A stretch of DNA of 64,000 bases from Patescibacteria group bacterium. GTDB taxonomy: Bacteria > Patescibacteriota > Microgenomatia > UBA8517. How positions within the stretch are numbered: the stretch's first letter is position 1; every line of letters begins with the position of its first letter. Below, piece after piece: positions 28,034 through 36,812 of this stretch. The stretch lies in the NCBI GenBank assembly GCA_041742135.1, contig JBGSJG010000001.1:3151-67150 (forward strand). The letters are read 5' to 3'. The notes beneath the pieces are model-generated. The model did no database searches. It was not told the DNA's origin and saw nothing but the letters and a program-made list of their open reading frames with translations. The position numbers were made by a program, and so were the translations under genes.

Positions 28034-29017
28034 TTACGAAGTTTTTTTGTACCAAAACTCATTTAGAAGAACCCGAACAATGATAACTATCGGAACTGAA
28101 AGTATTGCCCCTACGACTCCGGCCATGCGAAAGCCAACCACGATAGAAAGCAAAGTCACAACTGGACTGACGTGAGCGTTTTTCTGCATCACCTTTGGCA
28201 CAATTAAATAATTTTCAAGCTGCTGCACGAGAACATAGAGTGCGGCAACAGATAATCCGGTAAATGGTGAGATGCCCAAACCTACTAAGACTGCGGGGAC
28301 TGAAGCAAAAAATGGCCCAAGGTTTGGGATAACCTCAAGTATTCCAGCCAAAACAGCCAATGGAAGGGCGTACGGAACGCCAATTGCAGAAAGGCCAACG
28401 TAAGTAGTAATGCCGATAATAACCATTAAAATTACTTGAGCACGAGCCCAACCTCCAAGCTCTTTTTCCAATCTAGCAAGCAGGCCATCAAATCTCTCAG
28501 CCTGATCTTCAGAAGCTATGGTTCTCACTTGATCTTTAAATTTCTTTCGAGCCAGAAGAAAATAAAGAGCAAATATAAATACTGCCAATAGCGATACTAT
28601 GTTCGAAAACACCGAAACACCGATTCGGAGAATTTGAGAAGGCAGGCTAGAAAGCTGAGAAGTTAACTGTGTAGTAATTTGATCAACCACCTCGATGGGA
28701 ATATTGAGCTCTGCCATAATTCTAGGGATTGCGTTCGAAAACTTAGCAGTCTGGTCAACGAGTGCCGGTACAAGCGTTGCTACAGCAAAAATCAAAAATA
28801 CTACTAGGATCAAATAAACTATCAAAACCGAAGCAGCTCTGGGTATTTTATATTTTTCAAGTTTTGTGACAATTGGATTTAAAACCGCCATTATAAGAAG
28901 CGCCACAAAAAGTTGGAGGATTATATCCTTGATGTAATACAAAAAGGTAATGAAGAGAATAAACAAAACCGTAAAAACTATAGTTTTGTAGGAAATTTCA
29001 ATTTTGCGTGGCATCAC
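28034..29017 (-). CDS. AI-2E family (PerM/UPF0118) transporter
   Basis: ~8 TM helices, length and hydrophobicity pattern typical of AI-2E family. Confidence 0.55.
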   Translation of the reverse strand: MMPRKIEISYKTIVFTVLFILFITFLYYIKDIILQLFVALLIMAVLNPIVTKLEKYKIPRAASVLIVYLILVVFLIFAVATLVPALVDQTAKFSNAIPRIMAELNIPIEVVDQITTQLTSQLSSLPSQILRIGVSVFSNIVSLLAVFIFALYFLLARKKFKDQVRTIASEDQAERFDGLLARLEKELGGWARAQVILMVIIGITTYVGLSAIGVPYALPLAVLAGILEVIPNLGPFFASVPAVLVGLGISPFTGLSVAALYVLVQQLENYLIVPKVMQKNAHVSPVVTLLSIVVGFRMAGVVGAILSVPIVIIVRVLLNEFWYKKTS

Positions 29018-29871
29018 TTATTATGCCATTTTTTGACCAGCTTTTCTATTCGTTGCTCAAAATTCGAGTTTGAAACGTCAAACCAATTAATTCGCGGTTC
29101 CTTTTTAAACCAAGTCATCTGGCGTTTGGCGTACTTAACTTCCTCAGTTTTCCATTTATCCAAGTCTGGCCAATCTTTATAGCCAATAGTTTTTGCGAGG
29201 GCATCTGTATAACCCTTTTTTATTAGTGACTGCACCTCCGCCTGCATCCCATTTCTGGCACGGTTTTCCACCCGATTCTCGATTCTCATTGCGAGCTCGT
29301 CTTTTGAGGCCATGAGGCCAAGCCATAAAACATCGTCAAATCTTGGTTTTCCAGTTTTATGTGGAAGAATATCCGTATTTAAAACTTCCAAGAGTCGAGT
29401 TAATCTTCGCGGGTTAGCTTTGTCTGAGGCGTTAAGCTTTGTGGCTTCTTTTGGAAATTTTTCCAAAAGCAAAGCATACAGCTCCCTTGCCGTTTTATTT
29501 AGAAGCTCTTTTCTAAGCTTCAGATTTCGAGGAATATGAATGCGATCCAAATCGTCGACTATGGCTTTTATATAAAAGCCAGTTCCACCAACTAAAATCG
29601 GCAGTTTACCGCGCTTGTAAATATTGTTTATCTTCTTTTCGGCAAATTTCACAAACTCTGAAACACTAAATTCCCCGTCAGGGTTAACCAAATCATAGCC
29701 CCAAATTTTGATTCCCTCTGGCCAGTCTTTACCCGTGCCTATATCCATAAATTTATAAACTTGGCGGGAGTCAGCGGAGACCAGCTCACCATTAAATTTC
29801 TTGGCAAGCCTAGCCGCCAGTGCCGTTTTCCCCGTTGCTGTAGGACCACAAATAATAAGTAATTTATGCAT
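29014..29871 (-). CDS. miaA: tRNA dimethylallyltransferase
   Basis: P-loop LIICGPTATGKTALAARLAKKF...VSADSRQVYKFMDIGTGK. Confidence 0.85.
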   Translation of the reverse strand: MHKLLIICGPTATGKTALAARLAKKFNGELVSADSRQVYKFMDIGTGKDWPEGIKIWGYDLVNPDGEFSVSEFVKFAEKKINNIYKRGKLPILVGGTGFYIKAIVDDLDRIHIPRNLKLRKELLNKTARELYALLLEKFPKEATKLNASDKANPRRLTRLLEVLNTDILPHKTGKPRFDDVLWLGLMASKDELAMRIENRVENRARNGMQAEVQSLIKKGYTDALAKTIGYKDWPDLDKWKTEEVKYAKRQMTWFKKEPRINWFDVSNSNFEQRIEKLVKKWHNK

Positions 29872-30582
29872 GAGCCAATTATACCTTCATGGTATAATTT
29901 AGGCATGGAATCAGTTAAGGGTAGAGCACTCCACGCTCAGGCAATAGACGAATTGGAACATGGGCAAAATTTCCAAGAAGCTCTCAGATTGGCTAGCGAG
30001 GCCTTGGCCGCATACGAAGCAGACAGCGATTCGCTTGGGGCTTCCGAACTTTTAAGCGCGAGATCGAACATCTATAACCACATGGGCAATAAAGATGCAG
30101 CGCTTGAAGACGCTAAATCTGCGGTGGCCAAAGCCGAAAACTCTGGCATTGCCGAAGCTCAAGCCATGCCACTTTTTGATCTTGGGAAAAGGTATACCGA
30201 GAAAGAAGAATATGTTGATGCCACAGATACACTCAAAAGGGCTTTTGGTTTACCACTTCCAGAGCGCCACAACAGAACTGCCGTAAAATCCGACATGAAG
30301 GCTCATTTGGCATTCGCCCAATATATGACCGGAGACAAATCAGCCTTGGGGTTAATGGACGAGGCAATCACCGAGCTTACCGACAATGTTGGTGAGGATA
30401 AATATAACCGTGATGTTTGGCTGTCAGGAGCCCATATGCGAGCTGCAACAATGCTTTACACAGATGAGCCGAACACAGCAAAAACACACCTAGATAAAGC
30501 CAAAGAAATCGTTGAAGCAAACCCAGAATTAGTACTTCGTGCTAAACAATTAGAAGAGCTTACCTCGAAACTTGCTTTTTAA
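29866..30582 (+). CDS. hypothetical TPR-like helical repeat protein
   Basis: Ala/Leu-rich helical repeats (ALRLASEALAAYE, KDAALEDAKSAVAKAE); no family assigned. Confidence 0.35.
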   Translation: MHEPIIPSWYNLGMESVKGRALHAQAIDELEHGQNFQEALRLASEALAAYEADSDSLGASELLSARSNIYNHMGNKDAALEDAKSAVAKAENSGIAEAQAMPLFDLGKRYTEKEEYVDATDTLKRAFGLPLPERHNRTAVKSDMKAHLAFAQYMTGDKSALGLMDEAITELTDNVGEDKYNRDVWLSGAHMRAATMLYTDEPNTAKTHLDKAKEIVEANPELVLRAKQLEELTSKLAF

Positions 30583-30835
30583 ACTTTTTCCCTGGAGTAA
30601 AGCGTGGGAGTCTGTGTGATTTGATTGTTACGAATTTTTCGGTATTGGGGATTTTAACGGTTTTGCCTTTCATTGTTACTACTCTGAAAGTTCCAAAACC
30701 TGAGATAACTACTTTTTCGCCTTTGGATAAAACTCGACCAATTTCGTTGAGGAATGTATCTACCGCTTCAGTTGCGCCTCTTTTAGTTAAGTGAGCCTTT
30801 CGGGCAACTTGATCGATTAGTTGTCGTTTGGTCAT
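30560..30835 (-). CDS. hup: HU-family DNA-binding protein
   Basis: MTKRQLIDQVA..., arm region GFGTFRVV...RLPRFTPGK. Confidence 0.85.
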   Translation of the reverse strand: MTKRQLIDQVARKAHLTKRGATEAVDTFLNEIGRVLSKGEKVVISGFGTFRVVTMKGKTVKIPNTEKFVTIKSHRLPRFTPGKKFKKQVSR

Positions 30836-30876
30836 TTGAATGAAGAATACGGCAATAACGAATAAATGTCAATACA

Positions 30877-31128
30877 TCAGCAAGCTGAATCCTTATCTCG
30901 GCTCGCGTTTTCCATACGACGAAGACTTCTTGAGAGTTCTAACTGGTTTAACCCTGAGCCAACGAAAACCGCACCAAAAAAACCCGCGGCGATAATACTA
31001 GCGGGGTCACCTCTTTGATAAATTGCATTGGAAGCGCTAAGAACAGTCCCCGCAAGACTGGCCTTAGTGAGAAAACGTACACAACCTCGTTCGCTATTAA
31101 GTTGGTCAACACGCGACATCTCCTTCAT
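30877..31128 (-). CDS. hypothetical small protein with Gly/Ala-rich hydrophobic core
   Basis: ORF only; IIAAGFFGAVFVGSG segment. Confidence 0.3.
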   Translation of the reverse strand: MKEMSRVDQLNSERGCVRFLTKASLAGTVLSASNAIYQRGDPASIIAAGFFGAVFVGSGLNQLELSRSLRRMENASRDKDSAC

Positions 31129-31133
31129 GGATT

Positions 31134-32312
31134 TTATTTTGCAGAAGTAGTGTCCGAAGCACGAGTTTCGCGGATCACAGTCACTTTAATTTGCCCTGCA
31201 TACTCTGCCTCTTTTTCAAGGCGTACTGCAATGTCGTGAGCTAAAACAGTGAGCTTGTCGTCACTTACTTCGTCAGGATTTACAACCACTCGAACGTCTC
31301 TGCCTGCTTGAAAAGCCAAGGCTTCGCGAACACCCTCAAAACTCCCAGAAATTTCCTCAATTTTTTCCATTCTCTGAATATAGTTTTCGTGAGGCTCATA
31401 GCGGGCTCCCGGACGGCTTCCTGATATCGCATCAGCTGTCCAAACTATCACAGATTCCAGCGAGCTAAAGGGTTTATCTTCGTGGTGCTCTGCGATAATC
31501 GCTACCACTTTTTTTGGAAGCCCAAAACGCTTGGCAATCTCCACTCCTTTTTGAATATGCGTTCCTTCATCGTCCGTAGCAACTTTGCCAATGTCATGCA
31601 TCAAGCCTCCAAGGCGAACCGCTTCTTCGTCCGCTCCAAGTTCTCGAGCAATTGCCATGCCAATTTTGGTTTCTTCAATTGTGTGGAGTCCCAAGTTTTG
31701 GCCATAACTAGTTCTAAACTTGAATCTCCCAAGCATGCTAAGAAGCTCGGTTGGCAAGTTATACTCGCCCACTTCTTCTGCGATCTTTTTGCCCTCCTCC
31801 AAAAGCACTCCGTCCATGTCGCTTGCTACCTGTGCTACTACTTCTTCAATACGCGAAGGCTGAATACGCTTATCCCGAAGCAAAATTTCCAATGCTCGGC
31901 GAGCAATTTCGCGGCGAACGGAATCAAAAGAAGAAAGCCTTATTTCGTTTGTTTCGTCGAGTTCAATTTCCACTCCAGCAGCACGCTCAAAAGCACGGAT
32001 GTTTCGACCTTCACGGCCAATAATTCTGCCCTTTGCTTCTTCATTTTCGACTCTTACAGTAGATATTGTGTATTCAGCAACATACCCGGTAGCCCCATGC
32101 TTCATCGCGTCGATTAATATTTCGCGAGCTTTTTCTGCGGACTCGAGTTTAATACGCTCTTCTGCGTTTCTGATACGTGTTGCAATTTCGGCGGTCAAGT
32201 CCTTTTGAAGCTCATCCATAAACTCGCGCTTCGCGTCTTCACGAGTAAGCCCAGAGGCCTTCTCAAGCTTCACTAATAACTCTTCACGGATATCATCAAT
32301 TGTTTTTGCCAT
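31134..32312 (-). CDS. rny: ribonuclease Y (KH + HD domains) lacking the usual N-terminal transmembrane helix
   Basis: KH motif KGRIIGREGRNIRAFE, HD motif GGLMHDIGK, C-terminal RNase Y conserved tail. Confidence 0.8.
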   Translation of the reverse strand: MAKTIDDIREELLVKLEKASGLTREDAKREFMDELQKDLTAEIATRIRNAEERIKLESAEKAREILIDAMKHGATGYVAEYTISTVRVENEEAKGRIIGREGRNIRAFERAAGVEIELDETNEIRLSSFDSVRREIARRALEILLRDKRIQPSRIEEVVAQVASDMDGVLLEEGKKIAEEVGEYNLPTELLSMLGRFKFRTSYGQNLGLHTIEETKIGMAIARELGADEEAVRLGGLMHDIGKVATDDEGTHIQKGVEIAKRFGLPKKVVAIIAEHHEDKPFSSLESVIVWTADAISGSRPGARYEPHENYIQRMEKIEEISGSFEGVREALAFQAGRDVRVVVNPDEVSDDKLTVLAHDIAVRLEKEAEYAGQIKVTVIRETRASDTTSAK

Positions 32313-32374
32313 AAGTCACGAAGAACAAGAATCGCTATTCGGATTTACTTAATAAAAAGCAGTAATACGCCCCT

Positions 32375-32980
32375 TTAAACATTCTCATTCTCCTGTTCAT
32401 ATTGTAGCACATTCTTGATCGTTTCAAAACCAAAACCCTTCCGGGCCAAATAGGCAAAAGCTTTCTGGGAGTCACTAAATTTTCTTTTTGCGAGAAGTTT
32501 TCGGATACTCTTTTCTTCATCGATATCGCTTTCTGCTATGACTTCATCGACAACTGCGCGATCAATTCCCTTTTGTCTTAATTCAAACTTGAGTTCCTTC
32601 TTTGATTTTTGCTTAAACTCAAGCCGTTGGCCGACCCACCAACGGGCGAATTTAAGATCATCTAGTAATTCTAAGTGCTTTAGTTTGTCAAACAGCTTTT
32701 CGTAAATAGTTGGTGGCACTTTTTTGCGCTTCAGCCAATTAAAGTATTCTTTTTGAGACCTTGGGCGGGCAGTTGCAAAGTTAAGGATTCTGTTATAAGT
32801 TTTGTCAAATTCAGAAGCGTGGATTATTTTATCAATCTCCTCTTTGGTAAATTCTTTTTCAATTTTGATGCCGTACTTAACTAAATTATCCAAGTCAATT
32901 CCAAAGCTGAATTCGCCGTCCAAATATACATTTACATATTTATTATTTTTCTGAGGTTTAAGTAAGGTAACTCTTGGCAT
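32375..32980 (-). CDS. recX: recombination regulator RecX
   Basis: Three-helix repeat architecture, position downstream of recA on same strand. Confidence 0.65.
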   Translation of the reverse strand: MPRVTLLKPQKNNKYVNVYLDGEFSFGIDLDNLVKYGIKIEKEFTKEEIDKIIHASEFDKTYNRILNFATARPRSQKEYFNWLKRKKVPPTIYEKLFDKLKHLELLDDLKFARWWVGQRLEFKQKSKKELKFELRQKGIDRAVVDEVIAESDIDEEKSIRKLLAKRKFSDSQKAFAYLARKGFGFETIKNVLQYEQENENV

Positions 32981-33039
32981 TACCTATTCTAACATTCGAA
33001 TTGACAGTCGCTTTAGATTGCTGTAGTTTTTGGATATAA

Positions 33040-33462
33040 ATGTCGCCAATAGAAAATATTGAAATTGGAAACCCTCGAGGTTTTACGCTTTCAAGACCCA
33101 CTGAAAAAGAACCTTCAATTACTACCGAGCGGGAAGCTCGAGCACGAGAAATCCTTGATTTATTAAGCGCAGATTTAAAACAAAGAAATGTCGATAGACA
33201 CGAGCCAAGACAACCTGAAGATCCGATAGCTGTCGTCACAATAACAGTTGTGAAAGCCCCCGGACGGAGCGCTCCAGCATTTAACGAAGCACAATCTTAT
33301 GTTGAAAGTATCCGCGGAGATGTAAGAACTGTGATTAGGCTAGACGATTTACGTGACAACTCCCCTTGGTCAGATAAACAAATCTCTTTCAGAAGCAGGA
33401 AAGACCCTGAGGATAAAAACAAAGCTTACGTTTTGATTACAGCCTACGAGCGGGATAAATAA
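33040..33462 (+). CDS. hypothetical protein encoded antisense in the recA-recX spacer
   Basis: 140-aa ORF with balanced, non-repetitive composition filling the 485-nt recA-recX gap on opposite strand. Confidence 0.35.
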   Translation: MSPIENIEIGNPRGFTLSRPTEKEPSITTEREARAREILDLLSADLKQRNVDRHEPRQPEDPIAVVTITVVKAPGRSAPAFNEAQSYVESIRGDVRTVIRLDDLRDNSPWSDKQISFRSRKDPEDKNKAYVLITAYERDK

Positions 33463-33465
33463 AAA

Positions 33466-34554
33466 TTATTCTTCTTCACTCTCTTCCCCCAACTCCTTGG
33501 GAACCTCTTTACCTGAAGATAACGCTTTGCGAATTTCATCTTCAATTTCGTGAGCTAATTTGGGGTTTTCGCGTAAATAAATCTTGGCGGCTTCACGGCC
33601 TTGCGCAATTGTTTTATCTTTGTAACTAAAGAACGCGCCCTTCTTTTGTAAAATATCCATTTCACTAGCAACATCAATAATTCCGCCGACTTTACTTATG
33701 CCTTCATCGTTCATAATGTCAAACTCGGCAACACGAAGAGGTGGTGCTACTTTGTTTTTCACGATGCGTGCACGGTGGCGACTACCGATAACATTATCGC
33801 CATCTTTAAGTGTTTCGATGCGGCGAATATCAATTCGAACAGATGTGTAAAACTTAAGAGCCAAGCCGCCGGGGGTTGTCTCGGGGTTACCAAACATGAC
33901 TCCAATTTTCTGGCGGATTTGATTGGTAAAAATAAGAATAGTTTTTGATTTGGAAATTGCACCCGTGAGCTTTCGCAAAGCCTGGCTCATAAGGCGCGCC
34001 TGCATTCCCATAACCGCGTCGCCCATCTCGCCTTCCAGCTCGGCTCTCGGAACCAAAGCCGCAACTGAGTCGACCACTATCACGTCTAAAGCTCCAGAGC
34101 GGATCAAGGTCTCCGTAATTTCCAAAGCCTGCTCTCCACTATCTGGCTGGGAAAGCAAAAGGTCATCCAAATTAACGCCAATTGCTTCCGCACGTGTTGG
34201 GTCAAGAGCGTGCTCAGCATCAACAAACGCACACTGGCCACCTTTCTTTTGTGCTTCTGCGATTACATGAAGCGCTAAAGTGGTTTTACCAGAAGCTTCA
34301 GGACCGTAAATTTCAATGATTCGGCCACGAGGAAGCCCACCAACTCCAAGTGCCAAATCAAGCGCGATTGAGCCTGTGGGGATAGTATCGATGTGGCGAT
34401 CTGCGGCGGACTTTTCTCCAAGGCGCATTATGGATCCCGCACCATACTGCTTTTCAATCTGCTCCATAGCTAGTTTAATAGCCTGAAGTCGCGGGGATCC
34501 TGAATCCTCCTGGGTTACTACTTCCAAAGTTACGTCTTTTTTATGTCTTGCCAT
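33466..34554 (-). CDS. recA: recombinase RecA
   Basis: Walker [28 protein letters not shown]-terminal region, L2 loop. Confidence 0.95.
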   Translation of the reverse strand: MARHKKDVTLEVVTQEDSGSPRLQAIKLAMEQIEKQYGAGSIMRLGEKSAADRHIDTIPTGSIALDLALGVGGLPRGRIIEIYGPEASGKTTLALHVIAEAQKKGGQCAFVDAEHALDPTRAEAIGVNLDDLLLSQPDSGEQALEITETLIRSGALDVIVVDSVAALVPRAELEGEMGDAVMGMQARLMSQALRKLTGAISKSKTILIFTNQIRQKIGVMFGNPETTPGGLALKFYTSVRIDIRRIETLKDGDNVIGSRHRARIVKNKVAPPLRVAEFDIMNDEGISKVGGIIDVASEMDILQKKGAFFSYKDKTIAQGREAAKIYLRENPKLAHEIEDEIRKALSSGKEVPKELGEESEEE

Positions 34555-34595
34555 CTCTAAAAAAAGTTATAACACCGATAGTATACAATTACAAG

Positions 34596-35090
34596 ATGGT
34601 GAAATATGATTTTTGCCCCAAATGCGGAAAGTCTGTCGACCAAAAAGACGGTGTCGTAAAATGCCCAAATTGCCATCACGCAATTTATCTTCATTCGGCA
34701 ATCACAGGTTCTGTGTTTGTAATTAATGACAAAAAAGTAATGCTGTCTAAAAGAAAATTTGATCCATACAAAGGAGCATGGGATGTGCCGGGAGGGTTTC
34801 TCAAATTTGGCGAGGACCCAGAGGTGGGTGCAATGCGCGAACTTTATGAAGAAACAGGGGTCGATGTAAAAATTACTAAACTTCTTGGAGTTTACATGGA
34901 CAAATATCCATTTCAAGACGAAGTTATTCCAACTTTAAACTGCATCTTCATTGGCACGATTGGAAACCAAACACCCGAGCCTGCGGATGATGTAGAAGAA
35001 ATCAAATGGTTTGATTTAGATAAGCCACTTCCCAAAATCCCATTCCCTGCAATTTCTAAGGCCTTGGAGGACCTTGCTAGAATTAAATAA
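34596..35090 (+). CDS. NUDIX hydrolase with N-terminal zinc ribbon (NudC-like architecture)
   Basis: CPKCGK...CPNCHH zinc ribbon then Nudix box GGFLKFGEDPEVGAMRELYEETGVDV; ORF-track TTG start 34548 trimmed to first ATG. Confidence 0.7.
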   Translation: MVKYDFCPKCGKSVDQKDGVVKCPNCHHAIYLHSAITGSVFVINDKKVMLSKRKFDPYKGAWDVPGGFLKFGEDPEVGAMRELYEETGVDVKITKLLGVYMDKYPFQDEVIPTLNCIFIGTIGNQTPEPADDVEEIKWFDLDKPLPKIPFPAISKALEDLARIK

Positions 35091-35126
35091 TCGACATCAT
35101 TGACCGTCGGGCAGTATACTTAGGTT

Positions 35127-35960
35127 GTGAAACAGTACAGATCTGTAAATTTCGTTTTGATTGCTTTATTAGTAATTGCTACAGGGTTTTATGTATATTT
35201 GTTAAGCAATTCCTCAGTTAAAAACTCTTCGGAAACAACATTGACACAAGATCCAGAATCGGCTGAAAATCGACTAGCCACAATTCCTCCATCAGCAGAC
35301 CCTATATTTCAACAAGTTAAAGAATTTATTGACGAGAAAACGCAACCTGATAACGTCTTGATAACTAAAAAATCGTATGTTTGGTGGCTAGACTCTGACG
35401 GATACAACATAATTAACAACAGAGATTTGGGCATAGAATCTCAGTTTAATTGCATGAATTATCCAGCCAGCCGCTTTGATTCTAGTTTGATAAGTTTGTC
35501 CGCATTGTTCCCAACATTTATGCAACAACAAGGATTTACCAAAAACAATCGCAATTCTTCAGCGTCATTAACTGATGATCAGTTTTACGATTATGTTCAA
35601 GCTTACGAAAAGGATGGAGTAAAGTGTATTCTGACCGCAAACCCAGACTGTTCTGGAATCACTGATGATAATATGTGGCAAACAATATCTTTCTCTTGCA
35701 CGTCCAATTATGATGAAAATCATGCGATACAGGTCCCAATTTTAAAGGATTTGGATATCAAGGATGCTGTTGTTTCAATCTCAAAGCAGGCTGGTAACTT
35801 TGCTAAGATTCAGGTTCACTACCGAAGAACTGGACATTACATGATTGCGGTGAAAGAAAACGGAATCTGGAAGGAGCTTTACCGCGGCCAAGACACTCCA
35901 AGTTGTTCGCTTATGAATCAGTACAAAGTTCCAAAAGAGGTCTACGAAAGTTGTTTCTAA
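35127..35960 (+). CDS. hypothetical secreted/membrane-anchored Cys-containing protein
   Basis: N-terminal TM (FVLIALLVIATGFYVYLL), several Cys in C-terminal half. Confidence 0.35.
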   Translation: MKQYRSVNFVLIALLVIATGFYVYLLSNSSVKNSSETTLTQDPESAENRLATIPPSADPIFQQVKEFIDEKTQPDNVLITKKSYVWWLDSDGYNIINNRDLGIESQFNCMNYPASRFDSSLISLSALFPTFMQQQGFTKNNRNSSASLTDDQFYDYVQAYEKDGVKCILTANPDCSGITDDNMWQTISFSCTSNYDENHAIQVPILKDLDIKDAVVSISKQAGNFAKIQVHYRRTGHYMIAVKENGIWKELYRGQDTPSCSLMNQYKVPKEVYESCF

Positions 35961-35968
35961 GACTTTTT

Positions 35969-36050
35969 GTCAGGGTAAGCAAAGCTTGGCCCACTACATT
36001 TCGTGTCGGGGTAAGCAAAGCTTGGCCCACTACACTTCGTGTCGGGGTAG
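35969..36050. repeat. tandem 36-bp direct repeats (2 full copies + partial) each beginning with the 3' acceptor end of tRNA-Pro
   Basis: Copy A 35969-36004 gtcagggtaagcaaagcttggcccactacatttcgt; copy B 36005-36040 gtcggggtaagcaaagcttggcccactacacttcgt; third partial copy gtcggggta is the tRNA 3' end. Confidence 0.8.
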
Positions 36051-36112
36051 GAGGAATTGAACCTCCGCCGCACGGCCCCCAGCCGCGCATTCTGCCGTTA
36101 AACTATACCCCG
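36042..36112 (-). tRNA. tRNA-Pro (anticodon GGG)
   Basis: Reverse complement CGGGGTA-TA-GTTTAACGGCAGAAT-G-CGCGG-CTGGGGG-CCGTG-CGGC-GGAGGTTCAATTCCTCC-TACCCCG-A cloverleaf. Confidence 0.8.
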
Positions 36113-36119
36113 AATGAAG

Positions 36120-36788
36120 CTATTTTAGCACGTCTGAGGTTATTATTCGCTCTTCTCCCTTTACAAGAACTTTTCCGTTCTCAACTATTATTTCTTCACC
36201 ATTTTTGACTAAATATAATTTTTTACCCTTATAAATTTTTTTAATATCTTCAATTTGGCCGTCTTCATAGTGTGGCCAGAAGTTAAAGTCAACCAAACCA
36301 AGGCCGGGGATCACTCCTGCTCCCCATTCTTCTTCACCTATATAATGCTCAACAAAGCTAAGGTCTGAAGCTGTCACCATACTACCCGCACTTGAGCCAA
36401 CATAAATTGACCGCTCAAGAAGTCTCGAGAAATGTTTATCCAGTTTGCATCTGCGGATCCAGTACATTAAATATCCACATGCACCTCCGGCCATCCAGAT
36501 AATATCTATATTTTCAAGCTTCGCAATAGCCGACTCGTCTTTGTAATCTTCAAGTTGTACAGGACTAACGTTAGCGCCTAATTCTTGAACCAATTTAAAA
36601 GTGGTGCTGTTTTCCTTCCAATCCCCAAAAGGTTCTTCGCCATTGGCTGCAGTTGGAATATAGGCGATAGCCTTGCCTTCAAATCCGCCAACATACTCCC
36701 GAAGCTTCTCGATACTCGCAGGGTTTTTGGCTTCAGAGGCAAGAAAAAGTTTCATCATTTGTAATATAACACACTTAGCACTTAGCAC
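36120..36788 (-). CDS. peptidase S51 (dipeptidase E/cyanophycinase-like)
   Basis: GSSAGSM nucleophile-elbow motif, IIWMAGGACGYL; likely true start at MKLFLAS (36755). Confidence 0.6.
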   Translation of the reverse strand: MLSAKCVILQMMKLFLASEAKNPASIEKLREYVGGFEGKAIAYIPTAANGEEPFGDWKENSTTFKLVQELGANVSPVQLEDYKDESAIAKLENIDIIWMAGGACGYLMYWIRRCKLDKHFSRLLERSIYVGSSAGSMVTASDLSFVEHYIGEEEWGAGVIPGLGLVDFNFWPHYEDGQIEDIKKIYKGKKLYLVKNGEEIIVENGKVLVKGEERIITSDVLK

Positions 36789-36812
36789 TGGAGGTGTAAT
36801 ATTGGCTTATTC

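Noticed and set aside
31482-32117. 211-aa plus-strand ORF inside rny, and similar antisense ORFs (18152-18538 in recJ, 39503-39949 in the ABC permease, 50849-51367 across rplF/rpsH, 59001-59480 in tuf, 61694-62083 in fusA)
   Set aside because: They lie antisense within well-supported conserved genes, have low-complexity or Ser/Leu/Phe-rich composition typical of shadow ORFs, and show no motifs.
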